Numbered from the stretch's first letter, positions 1-13,075 are shown. The stretch: 64,000 nucleotides of DNA from Octopus sinensis (GCF_006345805.1 NW_021832844.1:124001-188000), one strand, 5' to 3'. Notes: generated by a model not told the origin, from the sequence alone. A program made the numbers and translations.

Positions 1-400
1 CATTGCACGTACGAAAATGCGTGCAATGCAGCGATTAGGCGCGTTGCGTGCTTTCCGGCTGCGGAGAGGTGCTTGGCTACGTGTGTTTAACGCCATGGTG
101 TTACCCGTGTTGACCTATGGCGTACATGCTTGGCACTTCTGTGAGGACCGAGAGAAGTACGTTGACGCGCTCAAGAAAGTCAGAAGACGAGCCATCCGGC
201 TAGCCCATGGCTTAGGATGGCGAGTGGAGCTCACGGACACCCAGGAATTGTCCCTCAAAGGCCTCCCTGAGGTCTTAGAAAAGATAATGTCTGGGTGGCA
301 GGTAAGACGGTAAGTCTTAGTTTGCGGCTGAGAGGCGAGCGTGTGTGCGGGACTGAAAAGGCAGAAATGCCGAAGGTCTTAATTATACCCTCACTAACAG
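1..400 (+). mobile_element. 3' end of a LINE (RT C-terminal region), truncated by the window edge
   Basis: ORF 17..313 reads 'VFNAMVLPVLTYGVHAW...LKKVRRRAIRL', typical of the non-LTR RT thumb/C-terminus; GC-richer than the downstream flank. Confidence 0.6.
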
Positions 401-744
401 CCTTTTATTTTAAAATAAATTTTTCCTTTAAGTGTTTGTCATTTTATAATATTTATTTTGACAAAGTCGATTTTGAAATTGAATTCAAATATTTTTTTGA
501 ATTTTTTTCTAAGTCCATAAGTGTAACGACCTAGGCTCGGTAACAACCTAGGCTCGTGACAAAATATTAGTTCTATAATAGCATATATAATAATTAATAC
601 ACAATTATTAGTAAGTAACAATATTAAGCGTAAGTTTTTTTTAACTATATTTTTTTAACATCAAACAACAAAGTAAATAACTACAAGTACAAGCGTAAGT
701 TTTTGATTTTTCATATTTAATTAATAAAATCATCAAAAATAGCT

Positions 745-772
745 TGTCCGGTTTTCGGTGACGAGGGGTGTA
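745..772 (-). mobile_element. Solo Tc1-type terminal inverted repeat
   Basis: Reverse complement TA-CACCCCTCGTCACCGAAAACCGGACA resembles the Tc1 terminus TA-CACCCCTCGACATTAAAATCCGGACA at 31344. Confidence 0.45.
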
Positions 773-1016
773 TGTCTTAAACAAATAGAATTCCCAGTTT
801 CTCTTACTTTTTCTTGTATGTCATTAATTGAAATTTGCTGATTTGAAACTACTTTTTTAATCTGATTAGATATCATATCAAATATTGTCAGCCATCTATG
901 ATATCATTATCAAAAAATATATAATAGCAAATTTTTTTCAAATTGAGATTCGTTTCAACAAATTCCAATCATATCCGTCTATAAATAAATTTAACTTTAT
1001 GTGCTCTATAATCAAA

Positions 1017-1970
1017 ATGAAATCATGTAAAATCTGCGGAGCCAGAGCTAATGGAACAAACTATTCTGTCAGAAGTTGTCACGGGTGCAAAAATTTTTTT
1101 CAGTATATTCTTGTATAATTTATTATTAGAAGATGCATCAACAATAAATATATGTTCTTTTGCAGCTTTGAGGGAAATTGCATTTTAACATACAAAACAA
1201 GAAATAATTGCAGATTTTGTAGGCTAAAAAATGTTTAGACATGGGAATGACAAAAAATGGTTATTCAATTTATTAACTTTAGAAATTAAAAATACATTTT
1301 CAATATCTTATGAGGTACAGATATTTCCAAGCCAGTTTATTACGTACGAAACTGAACTGCAAGTTGAATTATTCATAAAATTGTTAGAAATATTTCGATT
1401 TTAACTGCTTAAATTGCTTTTTAATGAGAACTTGGTTAAGCCAAATTAGAAAAAATTGTTTTCTAAATTTGACCAAAAAATGGATTGAAATTTTGGTTCA
1501 AAGTGAAAATCTGATCGCCCAGATTGTAGGATCATATTTAAAATTATTTTTAGGACGTCGAAATGGTCTCCAAGAATTATTTTCATTTCCATTTTTCTAA
1601 TTGCTGTTTGAGTCAAATTTCGAAAAATTCTTTCCCACAAACTCACGTTAATATGAATTGTAACGATGGTCCGATCTTAACCATACTGAAACAGTTTAAA
1701 GAATTGTATCAAGCTATTACTGATTTACATATTACGAAAGAAGAATATTTCTATTTAAAAATTATTTTATTTTTCAAATTTTGTAAATTTTTAATGATAT
1801 TCTTAGATTCAGACGAGGTGAATGATTGTGAGCCTATACTATTCAAATATCTTGCATTGTTAGAAAAAAATTGCATTTCACGGAAAAAATTAATCACAAA
1901 ACTTTTAATTTTGTTACCGGATTTCGAAAATCTTTCTTTAACATTTAAAAACTTTTTAATTCTCTATTAA
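1017..1970 (+). CDS. Nuclear hormone receptor (C4 zinc-finger DBD plus compact LBD), ~275 aa, 5 micro-introns
   Basis: Introns at 1103-1129, 1260-1282, 1363-1387, 1526-1553 and 1783-1806. Spliced DBD: CKICGARANGTNYSVRSCHGCKNFFQR...CSFEGNC...RNNCRFCRLK(K)CLDMGM. LBD motif 'LHITKEEYFYLKIILF'. One A is missing in a homopolymer at ~1226-1231 (likely sequencing error; pseudogene not excluded). Confidence 0.85.
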
Positions 1971-2614
1971 TTTTAAAAATTCTATTAATTTCAAAATTCT
2001 ATACAAAAATGTCAATAAAACAACAGGTATAGATTTAGAATTATCTAATTTGATAAAATATGTGATATCGCTTAAAAAGATTTAGCTAGCTTTTTTACAA
2101 TTCTTTAAATTCAAATATTATGTGAAAATATTGAACAAAAAATATATGCAAAGAAACTTAAATTCAGTTGCTGTAGAGAAAACAGCAACCAATCGGTAAT
2201 ATTAATAAATATAAATAATCGGTTATAGTATTTCTAAAATCAACAAATATAACTGTAAAACTGGAATTCAATCTGTCTGATCTCTTAGCAAAGTCTCATA
2301 TTTATTTACCCTAAACTTGAGACTAAAAAGACTTTCCACGCATTTAAAACGACCAGGTTCAATCAAACTAAATTGAGAAAATAGACATCAAAATAATTTT
2401 AATTTCATTTGCTAAGAAGCTAAGTGCTCAAACTTTCAATTTGTGATAAACTTAGTTAGTAAAATATTTTTATCAATTATTTCGTTTTCTTCTGATTTTC
2501 GAGAAGTCATTAAAATCAAAGGAATATAAATAAAAGATCCAACTTGTTTTTTATAAAATTTTTAAATAATTAAATTAAATTATTTATTTGAAATTAATTT
2601 AAAACATATTTTTG

Positions 2615-3557
2615 ATGTCCGCTGTTGGTTTAATTCCTAACGATCGGTTTCACCATGGAATTCAAAGTATTATTGACTTGAAAGAAATGGCTGAAAAAAT
2701 AATTCAAATCAACAATGAAACCGAAATTTTGAAAAATAGGCAATCTGAAAAAGCCACAAACATTCTCTCTATAAATCTTGCTATGAGGTACATTATAAAC
2801 TGTAACTGTCAGAGATATCATACGCCAGAGAACACTCAGCCTTTTAAAATACAACAAAAATATTGGTCTGCCATTTCCCATTAGCCTGAACATGACTAAC
2901 GACCTTATTTGTGATTGCCTGACTCAACTTATAAATTGGTGCAACACAATAATCAAAAATCACGATGAAATTCAAAATGGTTTAAAAAGACTTTCCACAT
3001 TTGATAAAATTGATAATCATGATTTTGACTGGAATACCAATTTTGATATTGCCCATTACGTGATAAACATGTGCAATTTATTTAAAGGACTTAGTGCTGT
3101 AAAAATGGAAGGATATTCACTTCTCCAAGTTTATTTTTTAACCTAAATATAGATTCACGTGGGCGATTGTATGGACGTTAATTTCGTTTTACATTTAAAT
3201 ACATTTTCAACTATTGTAGTTCGGGGGATTAGCGAGCGGTCAAATAATCAGGATTTTTTAAAAAAGTCGCGGTTTAGGGTATTTCGGGAGGTTTTTTTTG
3301 TTTTGTAGTTTTAGGCTAATGATACTATAATTGCTGTATTCATGAGTGTGTGTTCTAATCCGGGAAGAATTGCTTATGGAATTAAAAGATTTATGGTTTT
3401 AAAAAGTTTTGTTATATTTTAGTATTTTCTGGAGACATACGTAGATTTGTTCTCTAAAAAATGTTTTGTATGCGATAAAATTCTTAAAAATATGTGCCCT
3501 CCAACTGCCTGTTCATTGGATACCTTAAAACGTCATCATTCTGAATGTAGTATTTAG
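2615..3557 (+). CDS. MED27: Mediator subunit 27, ~280 aa, 4 micro-introns
   Basis: Introns 2788-2812, 3129-3152, 3291-3314 and 3396-3422 give a continuous frame. C-terminus 'VVRGISE..DFLKKSRFRVFRE...FLETYVDLFSKKCFVCDKILKNMCPPT...HHSEC' matches the MED27 zinc-binding C-terminus. Confidence 0.85.
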
Positions 3558-3934
3558 AAAATTTTGATTTGATGTTTATTAATATTTTTACGTCTTCATT
3601 CAAGAAATATTTGATACTTAAAAAAATTTTACTGTGTTTTAAAAGTAAAAATTTAATTAATTAATTGGGAACATTGTTTTTATCAAACAAAAGATTTCTT
3701 CTCAATACGAAAATCGCCTTGTCTGTATAAGTACCAGTCTGACGCAGGGATGTTCAATTTTATTTATCATCCTTAATATAAAGACGGGTTTTTGGCACGC
3801 TTCTATCCGTGATGGCTTTATTCCTTTGTGTTATTTTCGTTTGTATAAATCTATTATTTCTTGTTCTATTTTACTTTTAGCCTTTTACTGCTGTTTCATT
3901 ATATTATTTTAAGTGAGAAAATTAATTATTCTAA

Positions 3935-4630
3935 TTAGATGGAAATTAGGACCGCACCGCTGATAGCAAGCAAGTTACCTTGCAAGATTGATATAGATAC
4001 CCTCTGGTACAGCCAGGTGGTTTTCCGGTGGTTATTGATCTTCTTCCCAATGACCGAAAGAATCCTCTTCACGCGGGCCCAGTCACGCCCCCCGTCTCCA
4101 CGGTGATTAGGACGAAGTGGTACGCTTTCAGAAGCGATGCGTACATCCTCCGTTTGTATTGGTAGCACCACACGACGCAGACTGAGTGTTCCGGGAGCAA
4201 AGGTGTCCACACAGGTTACATCCCATACTAGACACTTCCCCTCGCTGAATGGGAAGACTGTCATTCCGTCCGGACGCTTACGTCTTTTGCTGTTTTATTC
4301 ACATTCTTACGACAATTTTTTTAAAAATAGACGAAAGGAGATAAAGTTAAAAAAATGGGACAAATTCACTAAAAAGGCCTAGTATCCGCAAAAATGCTTC
4401 CGCGGTTTATCGCTCTTCTCCAAATCGGCCTGTGGTAATATACCTGATTTTTCGAATTATTCTAACGAATCCGAAATTATTGAGTATTTGTCTCATCAGT
4501 TTTCTTTAGTTCTTGGCGGAAGTAACGAGGCTAGGAAGTTCGTGACATCCCATTCGGAAGTCTATACATGTCTGAAGTCCGTGTGTGATGAAATATCACA
4601 AAGGCGTCACTCGTCAAACCTATTCAAAGC
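3935..4630 (-). mobile_element. Degenerate CRE-clade non-LTR retrotransposon 3' fragment (RLE domain)
   Basis: 'RPDGMTVFPFSEGKCLVWDVTCVDT...WLYQRVSISILQGN' is homologous to the C-terminus of ORF 7662..10130. Confidence 0.75.
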
Positions 4631-5560
4631 TTCCGGCATAGACAGTCCCTGGGTGAGACCACAGCCACATTAATCACACTCTAAACGAGAAAGTGTGTAG
4701 TGGAGGGTTTGCAAAGTAGGGAGGCAATGTTATGTAAAACTCCCCTATGCATGGAACTTATTTCATGCCTTGAACAAGTATACGATCTCATTGCTAAACT
4801 AATACGTTGGCCTGATCGAATTCGAGCCGAGTGAGTACGATGAAATGAACCTTATTGTCCGAAGAGTACTCCAAAAGAATCACGTCCACGAGTTATCAGG
4901 CAATAAAAAGAGATTATACTTGTCTCGCGGGAAACTATGACGTGTACTGAGTAACATCGTAAACTTACTTGAGCGAATTCTTACTAAGATGCACGACACT
5001 TTGTGGAGTGAGTCGAGTGTATCCCAAAGAAAGATTACCATCCTTGCTGTTAAAAAAGAGCGTGGTACACAAATAGAGACCATAAAAAGCTACGTGTCGG
5101 CTAAGTATTGTCTGGGTGCTATCCAAGTTAATGTGAAGAAATTGATCAAACTTCAGAGAAAATCGCTAATAAAAAAATCAGCTTAAAAGTCTATCACAAG
5201 ACTCTCTTTAGCAGCCTGGACAACACGCACATTGACGTTCGTCGTCATCAAAGTGGCTGAAATATGGGAATAACTCTCACCGATCAGAAGGGTTATTCTC
5301 ATATTAGCAGGAGAGTAACTTTTTTAATGGTCAACGGAAACAGTGTAACCACTGTAAAACTAGAGCGATGACCGTTAATCATTTAGCCACGAAGTGCGGA
5401 AGTATGCTTTATCGTGATTATACATGAAAATATAACGAAATGGTGAGGTTTCCCCAAACTTTTGCTCGACAATAAGTATGACCTGAGACGGTCCAGAAAG
5501 TTCGAGTTCAACCAGTGTGTGACAACTCGAAGGTGTGCATTAAGCTAAATACTTTTATAC
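4630..5560 (+). mobile_element. Degenerate R4/Dong-like retrotransposon fragment
   Basis: Clear nucleotide and protein similarity to the element at 10200-13075 (MHDTLWS..SVSQRK; WLKYGNNS; CNHCK), with many stops. Confidence 0.8.
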
Positions 5561-6150
5561 GGACCTCGATTTTCGAATGTGTATAAACTGAAAATCTTAC
5601 TTCAGCGAGAAAAATGATGTTCTTATTTTCGATTCTAATTTGTAAAATTCGTAAATTATCTGGATATCTTTTTCTTAGTGCAATGATATTATCAATATTT
5701 TTCCTCGCTAATATTTTCACAATTTATTTCACTCTGTAGTGAAAGTTTTTAAGACCTCTGTTAATTGTACTCAGACTAATGTTTACCCTATATTCCTACA
5801 ACAACACGTCTTTTAGCTTTGATAGTGTCAATAATTGATTATCGCCGATCAAACTAAGAATGTTTTGGTTGTGTAAATCATTCAATTTGGAAGAACGGTC
5901 TCCACCACGCGGTTTGCTCTCAATATCGCCAGATTTTCTCTATTGAAAAAAAATTTGACTTATTGAGGATTAAGCCATGTTTAGATAGTCACTTATTTCT
6001 TTATTAGATTTCCCATTTTTTATTTTTCCAGAATGAAATTTATAATATTCATTTATCATGTGATACATAGAATGAATAATCTGAAAATGTTTTTTTCGAA
6101 TCTGTCAAAATCCCAAAAATCAAAATAAAAAATAACACTTGACCCAGGGT
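5560..6150 (-). mobile_element. Degenerate IS630/Tc1-type transposase, 5' half
   Basis: Minus-strand fragments 'KPRGGDRSSKLND' (HTH linker) and 'NIIFLAEVRFS' (decayed F-x-DE-x-GF motif); frameshifted. Confidence 0.5.
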
Positions 6151-6224
6151 ACTTTCAAATAGGATCAAATACAGTCCAGCCCTTTATTTCAGGCACATCC
6201 CACCTTATTGTTTATCTTAGTTTT

Positions 6225-6445
6225 ACTTATTTATTTATTAAATCACCAAGACCACGCTAAAAACCGAACAAACGTCACGTGATCCCGATGCACTTAACCA
6301 GGGACCTCATCCTCGCTCGGTGATCTTTCCACGAGCCCACATAAGATCGCACTGGGCGGCAGGCCGTTTTTGGCGGAGCATTCGCTGACGGGCCCAGGTT
6401 CAGCTTGATGAGGTCTTCCAGAGAAGCTGGACCGGGGCGTTGGTT
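6225..6445 (-). mobile_element. 5'-truncated LINE 3' end with (TAAA)n tail
   Basis: Near-identical reverse complement of 41950-42165 ('QRPGPASLEDLIKL.LGPSA.APPKTACRPVRS'), with a TAAA repeat tail. Confidence 0.8.
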
Positions 6446-6519
6446 ATCAATAAAATTAAGCTTGTACAATTTTTCGAATTATCTTGATCTGTTAATAATT
6501 TTAAATTTCAAATGAAAAC

Positions 6520-7661
6520 AAATTAAGTAAGGAATGGGCAGAGGGGAAACTCTGGGGGGGCTAAAGCACGCACCCTCCTGCGGAAAGTACCGCATGCGTG
6601 TTGCCACGGAGAATAGCGATGGATATCCGCTGCAATAGCCACGAAACCTCTTTCATCCTGTGGGCCAATTTCCACCCGATGTCGCTGATAAAGGCCGAGG
6701 TAAGAGGCCCAGCGACGCCCGATGTCTCCAAAGCGATTAGTACGAATATAAAGCGGCGTCCAAGTTCTTGGTATTTTTTAATTTTGGCCGCTCAGCCTTT
6801 TCCGGGGAAAGTGACAGATGACATGTTTGCCGATGGAGAGAAAGAATCGATTCACGTAGCATCCCAGACGAGGCACTTGCCGTCCCGAAAAAGAAAGATT
6901 TTCATTCCGTCTGGGCGTTTGCCGTCACCACGGTCCAATCCGACAGGCTCAAGTTGTGATGGAAAGCATGCAGCCTTGAGGGCTCTAAGCACGACGTCAT
7001 TTAACAATGCGTGGCGGGGACTTCGACCGGCACTCCTGCGACACGAAAGAGGGTGGAACCCTTTAGCGTCGACTTTGGCTTCATATCGGCATTGGTGGAT
7101 GCTGCATATGTCGAGACCAAGCCGAAGGGAGATCCCGATCCTCAGGCAGTCGTCATCCAAAAAGATTCCGGTTGATGTAGATGGGTAGGCGCCGAGCCAT
7201 GCGCCGCTGTGAGGATGTGCGGCCGAGAGTAGGCACGCTAGCCGGTGTTGGTCTAGCTCTGGTTTCATCTTCGAAAACGAGTCGGCGGCCCAGATTTCAT
7301 CCCATTTCCGTTGCACGGACATGTCGGACGGGAGGGGTAGGTTAGCGTCGGTCCAGAAATTCGATAAAACTTCAGCCGACAAGTGCAATGAGAGTTCGTT
7401 ATAGGAGAGTAGAATCTCATTGGCCAGGTGACGGCTGCTGCACATCGAAGAAAAATATTCTTTCGGGGCCAGATCCTTTGGCGAGCGAAGTCCAATACCT
7501 CCAAACCTGACGGAAAGTTTTCCTTGTATCCACCCAATGTCATCAAATTTTACGTTGAGAATTGATTCGGCTGTGGATCTCAAAGAAGAATCCAGGAAAT
7601 TCAAGATGTCAGGCTGAGAGAAGCATGGTAGGCAACGTAGAGTGAAAAGGAATCTTGGCAT
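6520..7661 (-). mobile_element. 5'-truncated CRE-clade retrotransposon
   Basis: ORF 6852..7661 has GGIGLR, SGAWL, 'HPLSCRRS..RHALLN' and RPDG..WDAT (RLE) motifs; continues after a frameshift to 'QRISIAILRGN'. Confidence 0.85.
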
Positions 7662-10197
7662 GTGAAGACTGTTTTTCAGCAGAAAAAAAGGAATAGTCCG
7701 TCTAGGCCCCCACAGCTGCTTTTCCCGAATGAGACCCCTTTAACGAATAAACCTGAACGCACAAACCTTCGTAATAAAGTCCACGTCAAGCTTATGGAAA
7801 ACGATGTTAAAGCTGCTGTTCGCCTTGTGGCTTCCGATGACGTTGTTCTACCTCCGTCGGAAGAGCTTCTCAAGGCACTCAAACTTAAACATCCGGCTGC
7901 CCCCACCGACCTCCGTGCTTTGCCAGTCCTTTCTGGAACCCCTACACATTCCTTTACACCCTCGGAGATCTTAAGCTGCATCGCGAGTTTCCCCCTCAGC
8001 AGCAGTGGTGGCGTGGACGGTCTTCGTCCTGGCCACCTACGTGACCTGACGTCCCCGGTTACAGGCGAGGCAAGAACCCGCCTGGTGAAGGCAATCACTG
8101 CTCTTTGCAATCGGTTTTTCTCCGGCGACCTTATCCCGTATGCACGTGACTTATTCTTCTCTGCCAATCTCACTGCCTTGAGGAAGACCGATGGTGGAGT
8201 TCGCCCCATCGCTGTCGGAAATGTCTTCAGGAGGCTGGCTGCTAAGCTTGCTTGCAGGCTCGTCTCTACTGATCTTGGCGCATTTTTCGGACCTGTTCAA
8301 CTCGGAGTTGCTGTCAAAAATGGATGTGAAGGCGCCGCCCACGCAATGAGATGTTATATCGCCAATCCGTCAGCCGATTCTCGCCATGACAGGGCACTTC
8401 TCAAACTTGATATCAAGAACGCATTTAACTGCATCCGCCGGGATCACTTCCTGTCCGTTTGCTTCGACCAGTTCCCCGTTTTGTATCCCCTGGCGCTCTT
8501 GTCATATGGAAGACCTAGCTCTCTAGTATTCGGTTCGGATATTATTCCTTCAAGTACGGGAGTTCAACAGGGCGATCCACTAGGTCCCCTTCTCTTTGCC
8601 TTGGGAATAAATGGAATAGCTCGGTCGGTTTCTTCCGAACTGAATATTTGGTATCTGGACGATGCCACTATTGGCGGCTCCCCAGAGACGATTTTAAGAG
8701 ACGCTTTGTCGTTGGCACCTGCACTTCTGAGGATTGGATTGGAGATTAACCCCACCAAATCCGAATTAGTCGGTCTCAACATTCCTGATAAACGCCTTGA
8801 CGACCTATCATCGTCCCTCCGCACTGGTCTTGGCCAAGTGCGCACGACTGACGTAAATGATCTCCGGATCCTTGGATCCCCCATCCTGCCTACTGCTATT
8901 AAGACTGATCTTCTTACTAAACATTCCACGTTAACTATTTTGCTGGACCGCCTCACGTTTTTGGACAGCCACGTCGGCCTGTTTCTTGCGAGAAACTTTT
9001 TCGCCCTGTCTAAATTACTCTACTCCCTCAGAAGTGCACCTTGTTACCTACATGAGGACATTCTCACTGATCTCGGCGACTCCCTTCGCTCGAAGATCGA
9101 ATCAATATGCAATGTCGAGTTCGACTCTTTGGGGTGGAGTCAAGCTTCACTCCCCATACGACACGGAGGCCTTGGAATTCGGTGCCCGAATGATGTTGCA
9201 CTGCCTGCCTACCTGTCGTCACTTTCTTCATGCCAGAAACTCATGGGCACGGTTCTTCCAACCGATTTTGAACATTACGTGCCCTCTGAGTTATCATCGG
9301 CGGTCCTAAAGTGGCACTCGCTAGGAATGGAAATCCCAAAAAATCAGTATAAGCAATTTGTTTGGGACGAAGTCCGCCTACAATCCCGAATCCAATCATT
9401 ACGTACATCTCTTGACCAACACCGCTTGGCCTGCTTTGAGACGACATGTCGCCCTCACAGCGGAGCCTGGCTAAATGCCACTCCACTGCCGAGCATTGGG
9501 AACCTTCTGGACAGCGAGTCCGTACGCACTGGTATTTGTTTACGTCTCGGTCTTCGCCTATGCGAGCCACATGTCTGCCGCTGTGGCGCGAAAATCTGTC
9601 GCTATGGATTGCACGCTCTATCGTGCAGACGCAGTGCTGGCCGCATCCCGCGTCACGCCGCTCTAAACGACCTTATCAGGAGAGCCCTGGAAGTCGCCGG
9701 AATCCCCTCCCTGCTTGAACCCTCTGGGATCGATCGGGGGGACGGAAAAAGGCCTGACGGGATAACCGTGTTTCCTTTCAACAGGGGGAAGCCTCTCACC
9801 TGGGATGCCACGTGTGTGGACTCTTTCTCGCCTCAGAACCTGCTGATGTCCGCCTCCGCTCCTGGATCTATTGTCACAACCGCGGAATGCAAAAAGATGC
9901 GGAAGTGCTCCTCACTTACGGAGAAGTTCCAATTCCTTCCATTCGCGGTTGAGACTTCCGGTTCCATGGGCAGTAAGGCAATCAGCTTCGTTCAGGAGAT
10001 CGGGTCCCGCATGTCTGCCATCACAGGCGACGCCCGCGAATCGAGATGGTTTTTTGAGCGAATATCCCTTGCGATAGTACGCTCTAATTCTTTCTCGATC
10101 GCGTCGGCTTCCCGCCCATGTAGCCTTTAATTAATTAACTTGTAATTAAATACTTGTTTCATGAAAAAAAAAATATATAAATAAAAAAAAAAAAAAA
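7662..10197 (+). mobile_element. CRE-clade non-LTR retrotransposon with uninterrupted RT-RLE ORF (822 aa), 5'-truncated, poly(A) tail
   Basis: GVRPIAVG, LDIKNAFN, QGDPLGPLLF, WYLDD, zinc knuckle (C-RCG...H-LSC), RH..LN, RPDG..WD and F.PFAVET motifs; A-rich tail at 10162-10197. Confidence 0.9.
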
Positions 10198-10199
10198 TT

Positions 10200-13075
10200 A
10201 ACTAAGTAATTTTACTAACTAAGTCCAGAGCCTTCGAAGTGAGCAGAAGGTGGCACTCCACGCACCTTCTCCCCTTCTTCCTCCGAGAAGGTGCAGTCCA
10301 GCGCCTCTTGCTGACTAAACGTCAGGAAAGGGCTGGATCGGCGAGCATCAAACGAGACACTTTCCAGAGTCCTCTTAAGAACAGTTGACTGTATATAAGC
10401 CTGTAGAGACTTATCTACATCCAACTGTCTTAAGTACCGCTTGTGGTATTTGATGACCAGTCCATCCCATGTCATTACACACGGGATGACATGGGATGGA
10501 CTGGTGCATCAGTCCTAGCTCGTTTGCAAGGAGGTCATACTTCATCCTTTTCTCCACTTCCACTATCTGCAAACGGTCTAGGCACGTGATGCCCACCTCC
10601 ACGATAACAATCTCCCCGGTGACCTTATCGTGGACCACAATGTCGGGTCTGTTGTGCTTGACAACAATCGAGGTGCGTATGGGGGTATCCATTTTAATGC
10701 ACACCCGCGAGTTCTCACACACCGATTGAACTCGATGGATTCGCAACTTTCTGGACCGCCTCAAGCCATATTTATTGCAGAGCAAAAGATGGAGGGACCT
10801 CACCACCTCGTTATGCCTCCACGTGTAATCATGGTAAAGCATACTCTCGCACTTCGTGGCTAAATGGTCAACGGTCATTGCCTTACTCTTACAGTGGTTA
10901 CACTGTTTCCGTTGACCATTAAAAAAGTTTCTATCCAGCAAATATGAGAACAACCCTTCAGATCGGGGAGAGTTATTCCCATATTTCAGCCACGTAGATG
11001 ACGACGATACGTCAATGTGCGGGTTGTCCAGGCTGCTAAAGAGAGTCTTGTGAAGGACTTTTAAGTTGATCTTTTTAATTAAAGACTCCTTTTGAAGTTT
11101 GATCAACTCCTTCACATTAACTTGGGTAGCACCTAGACCATACTTAGCCGACACATAGCCTTTTATGGTCCCTAGGTGTGTACCACGCGCTTTTTCCGCA
11201 GCAAGGATGGCAGCCTTCCTTTGGGATACACTCGACCCACTCCACAAGGTGTCGTGCATCTTAGTAAGAATTCACTCACTTAAGTGTACGATGTTACTCA
11301 GTCCACGTCCTAGCTGCCCGCGAGACAAGTACAATCTCTCCTTATTGCTTGCCAACACGTGGACATGATTCTCTCGGAGTACTCTCCGGACAATAAGGTC
11401 CATTTCATCGTACTCACTCGGCTCGAATTCGATCAGGCCAACGTAGTAGTTCAGCAATGAGATGGCATACTCGTTCAAGGCATGAAATAAGTTCCGTGCA
11501 TTGAGCCGAGTCTGACATAACATTGCCGCCCTACTACGCACACCCTCCACTACACACTTTCTCGTTTCGGGTGTGATTAATGAGGCTGGACTCTCAACCA
11601 CACCAAGATACTTATATCCTTGGTGTTCCTCCAAGACTTTGACTAGGTCACCGCACACAGGGGTGTTAGTCGCCGACTTGTTGTAGTTGAGTTCCAACCC
11701 CACGGCCTTCATGAAACCTTTCAGGACTTTGCCCATCGAGTGGAGGATCTCTGAAGACCGAGCGAACAGCTTAATGTCGTCTATGAACATGAGATGGTTG
11801 GTGCTAAAACACCCTCCTTCATGTTCGATCGACATTTGTTCGAATTGGGCAGTGAGGACTCTACTCAGCGGTTCTAGGCAGAGGACAAACAGCAGCGGAG
11901 ACATGCTGTCGCCCTGTAATATGCCCCTCTCTAGCTTCACCTCGCCTATATCGCATTTGTTGTAATGTAGATGCACGTTCCACCTGTCCATCACAGTTGC
12001 AACAAATTTGATAAACCACATTGGCAACTTAAGCCTTCGCAGACACTCAACGAGGTAGGCATGATCAACCGAGTCATATGCCTTCTTCACATCCACCCAC
12101 ATCGACACTAGTGAGTTTCCGTGGGCTCTCGCGAGGCATTTGTTGATCAGTGCCTGCTCCTTAGCTCCCTGGCAATCCCGCCGAGTACCTAACTGGTTCT
12201 CGGACAGAATCCCATTCACCTCCACAAAATTTCTGACCTCAGTAGCCACCACCTTAGTCATCAACTTGTACAGGTTGGGCATACAGGTTATCGGACGATA
12301 ATCTGTCGGAACGGAAGGGTTATCTACTTTAGGGATCAAATAAGTGACCCCAGTACATAACCACTCTGGAATCGAGCCAGGGTCTAGTGTAAACTGTTCG
12401 ATTGCTCGACACATGCAATCATGGATAGGTTTGCAATTTTTTATAAAGAAATTATACACCTTATCGACCCCAGGTGTCTTCCAGTCAGAGAGACGGGTTA
12501 CTGCTTCATCGAACTTCTTGCGGATGTCAGTGACACCACAAAACTCGGTCATCAAAGGAGCATCGGGTCCACAAAACGGAAACGACACACCCTTGCGAGG
12601 ACGTGCTTTCCACATACTCCCCCATGTATCAAGCATTTCGGCCTTTTGCTGGGTACCCTCCTTCGTCTCTCCGTGCAACCGACGATAGAACAACCTGCGA
12701 TTAAATTCAAACAGGTTGTTCTCCCGCCTGCGCTGACACCGAGACTCATGAGTTGAAAGCTTCTTCTGATAAACGAGAATCAGCTCCTCCCTCTCTGCCC
12801 GGACACGCCTCAACTCGTGAGGTCCCATTTGGCAGCTCGTTCCCGACGAAGTAAAGTACGCACCAAGGGGGGAGTCTTGCCCTTGACCCCATTGCTCACA
12901 TTCAAAATGTGCCCAGTCAGCGCTTCCAGCTCGGCTTTCCTTGCGGCTACTTTTGCGGCAATGTTTTCTCTCCATCTACTCTTTGGGGCAGGCCTCTGAG
13001 TGATTTCATCATAGGTTGTCTGTGCCGAGTACAAATAGAGAGAAATCTCGTCCATTGTCTCCGGAGACATACTTT
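10200..13075 (-). mobile_element. R4/Dong-like non-LTR retrotransposon (RT plus CCHC plus RLE), frameshifted, 5'-truncated
   Basis: ORFs 11272..12975 (WKTPGVD, YRPITC, DVKKAYDSV, GILQGDSMSP, FIDD) and 10411..11259 (CNHC..DHLATKC, RHNEVV, RPDIV, EVG). Confidence 0.88.

Noticed and set aside
2010-2512. Possible minus-strand gene starting MTSRKSEENEIIDK
   Set aside because: I could not find a consistent set of micro-introns giving an open frame or any recognisable motif.
6598-9718. Antisense and alternate-frame ORFs over the CRE elements (e.g. 6598..7188, 7676..8209, 8564..8956)
   Set aside because: Shadow ORFs of GC-rich coding sequence with no independent motifs.
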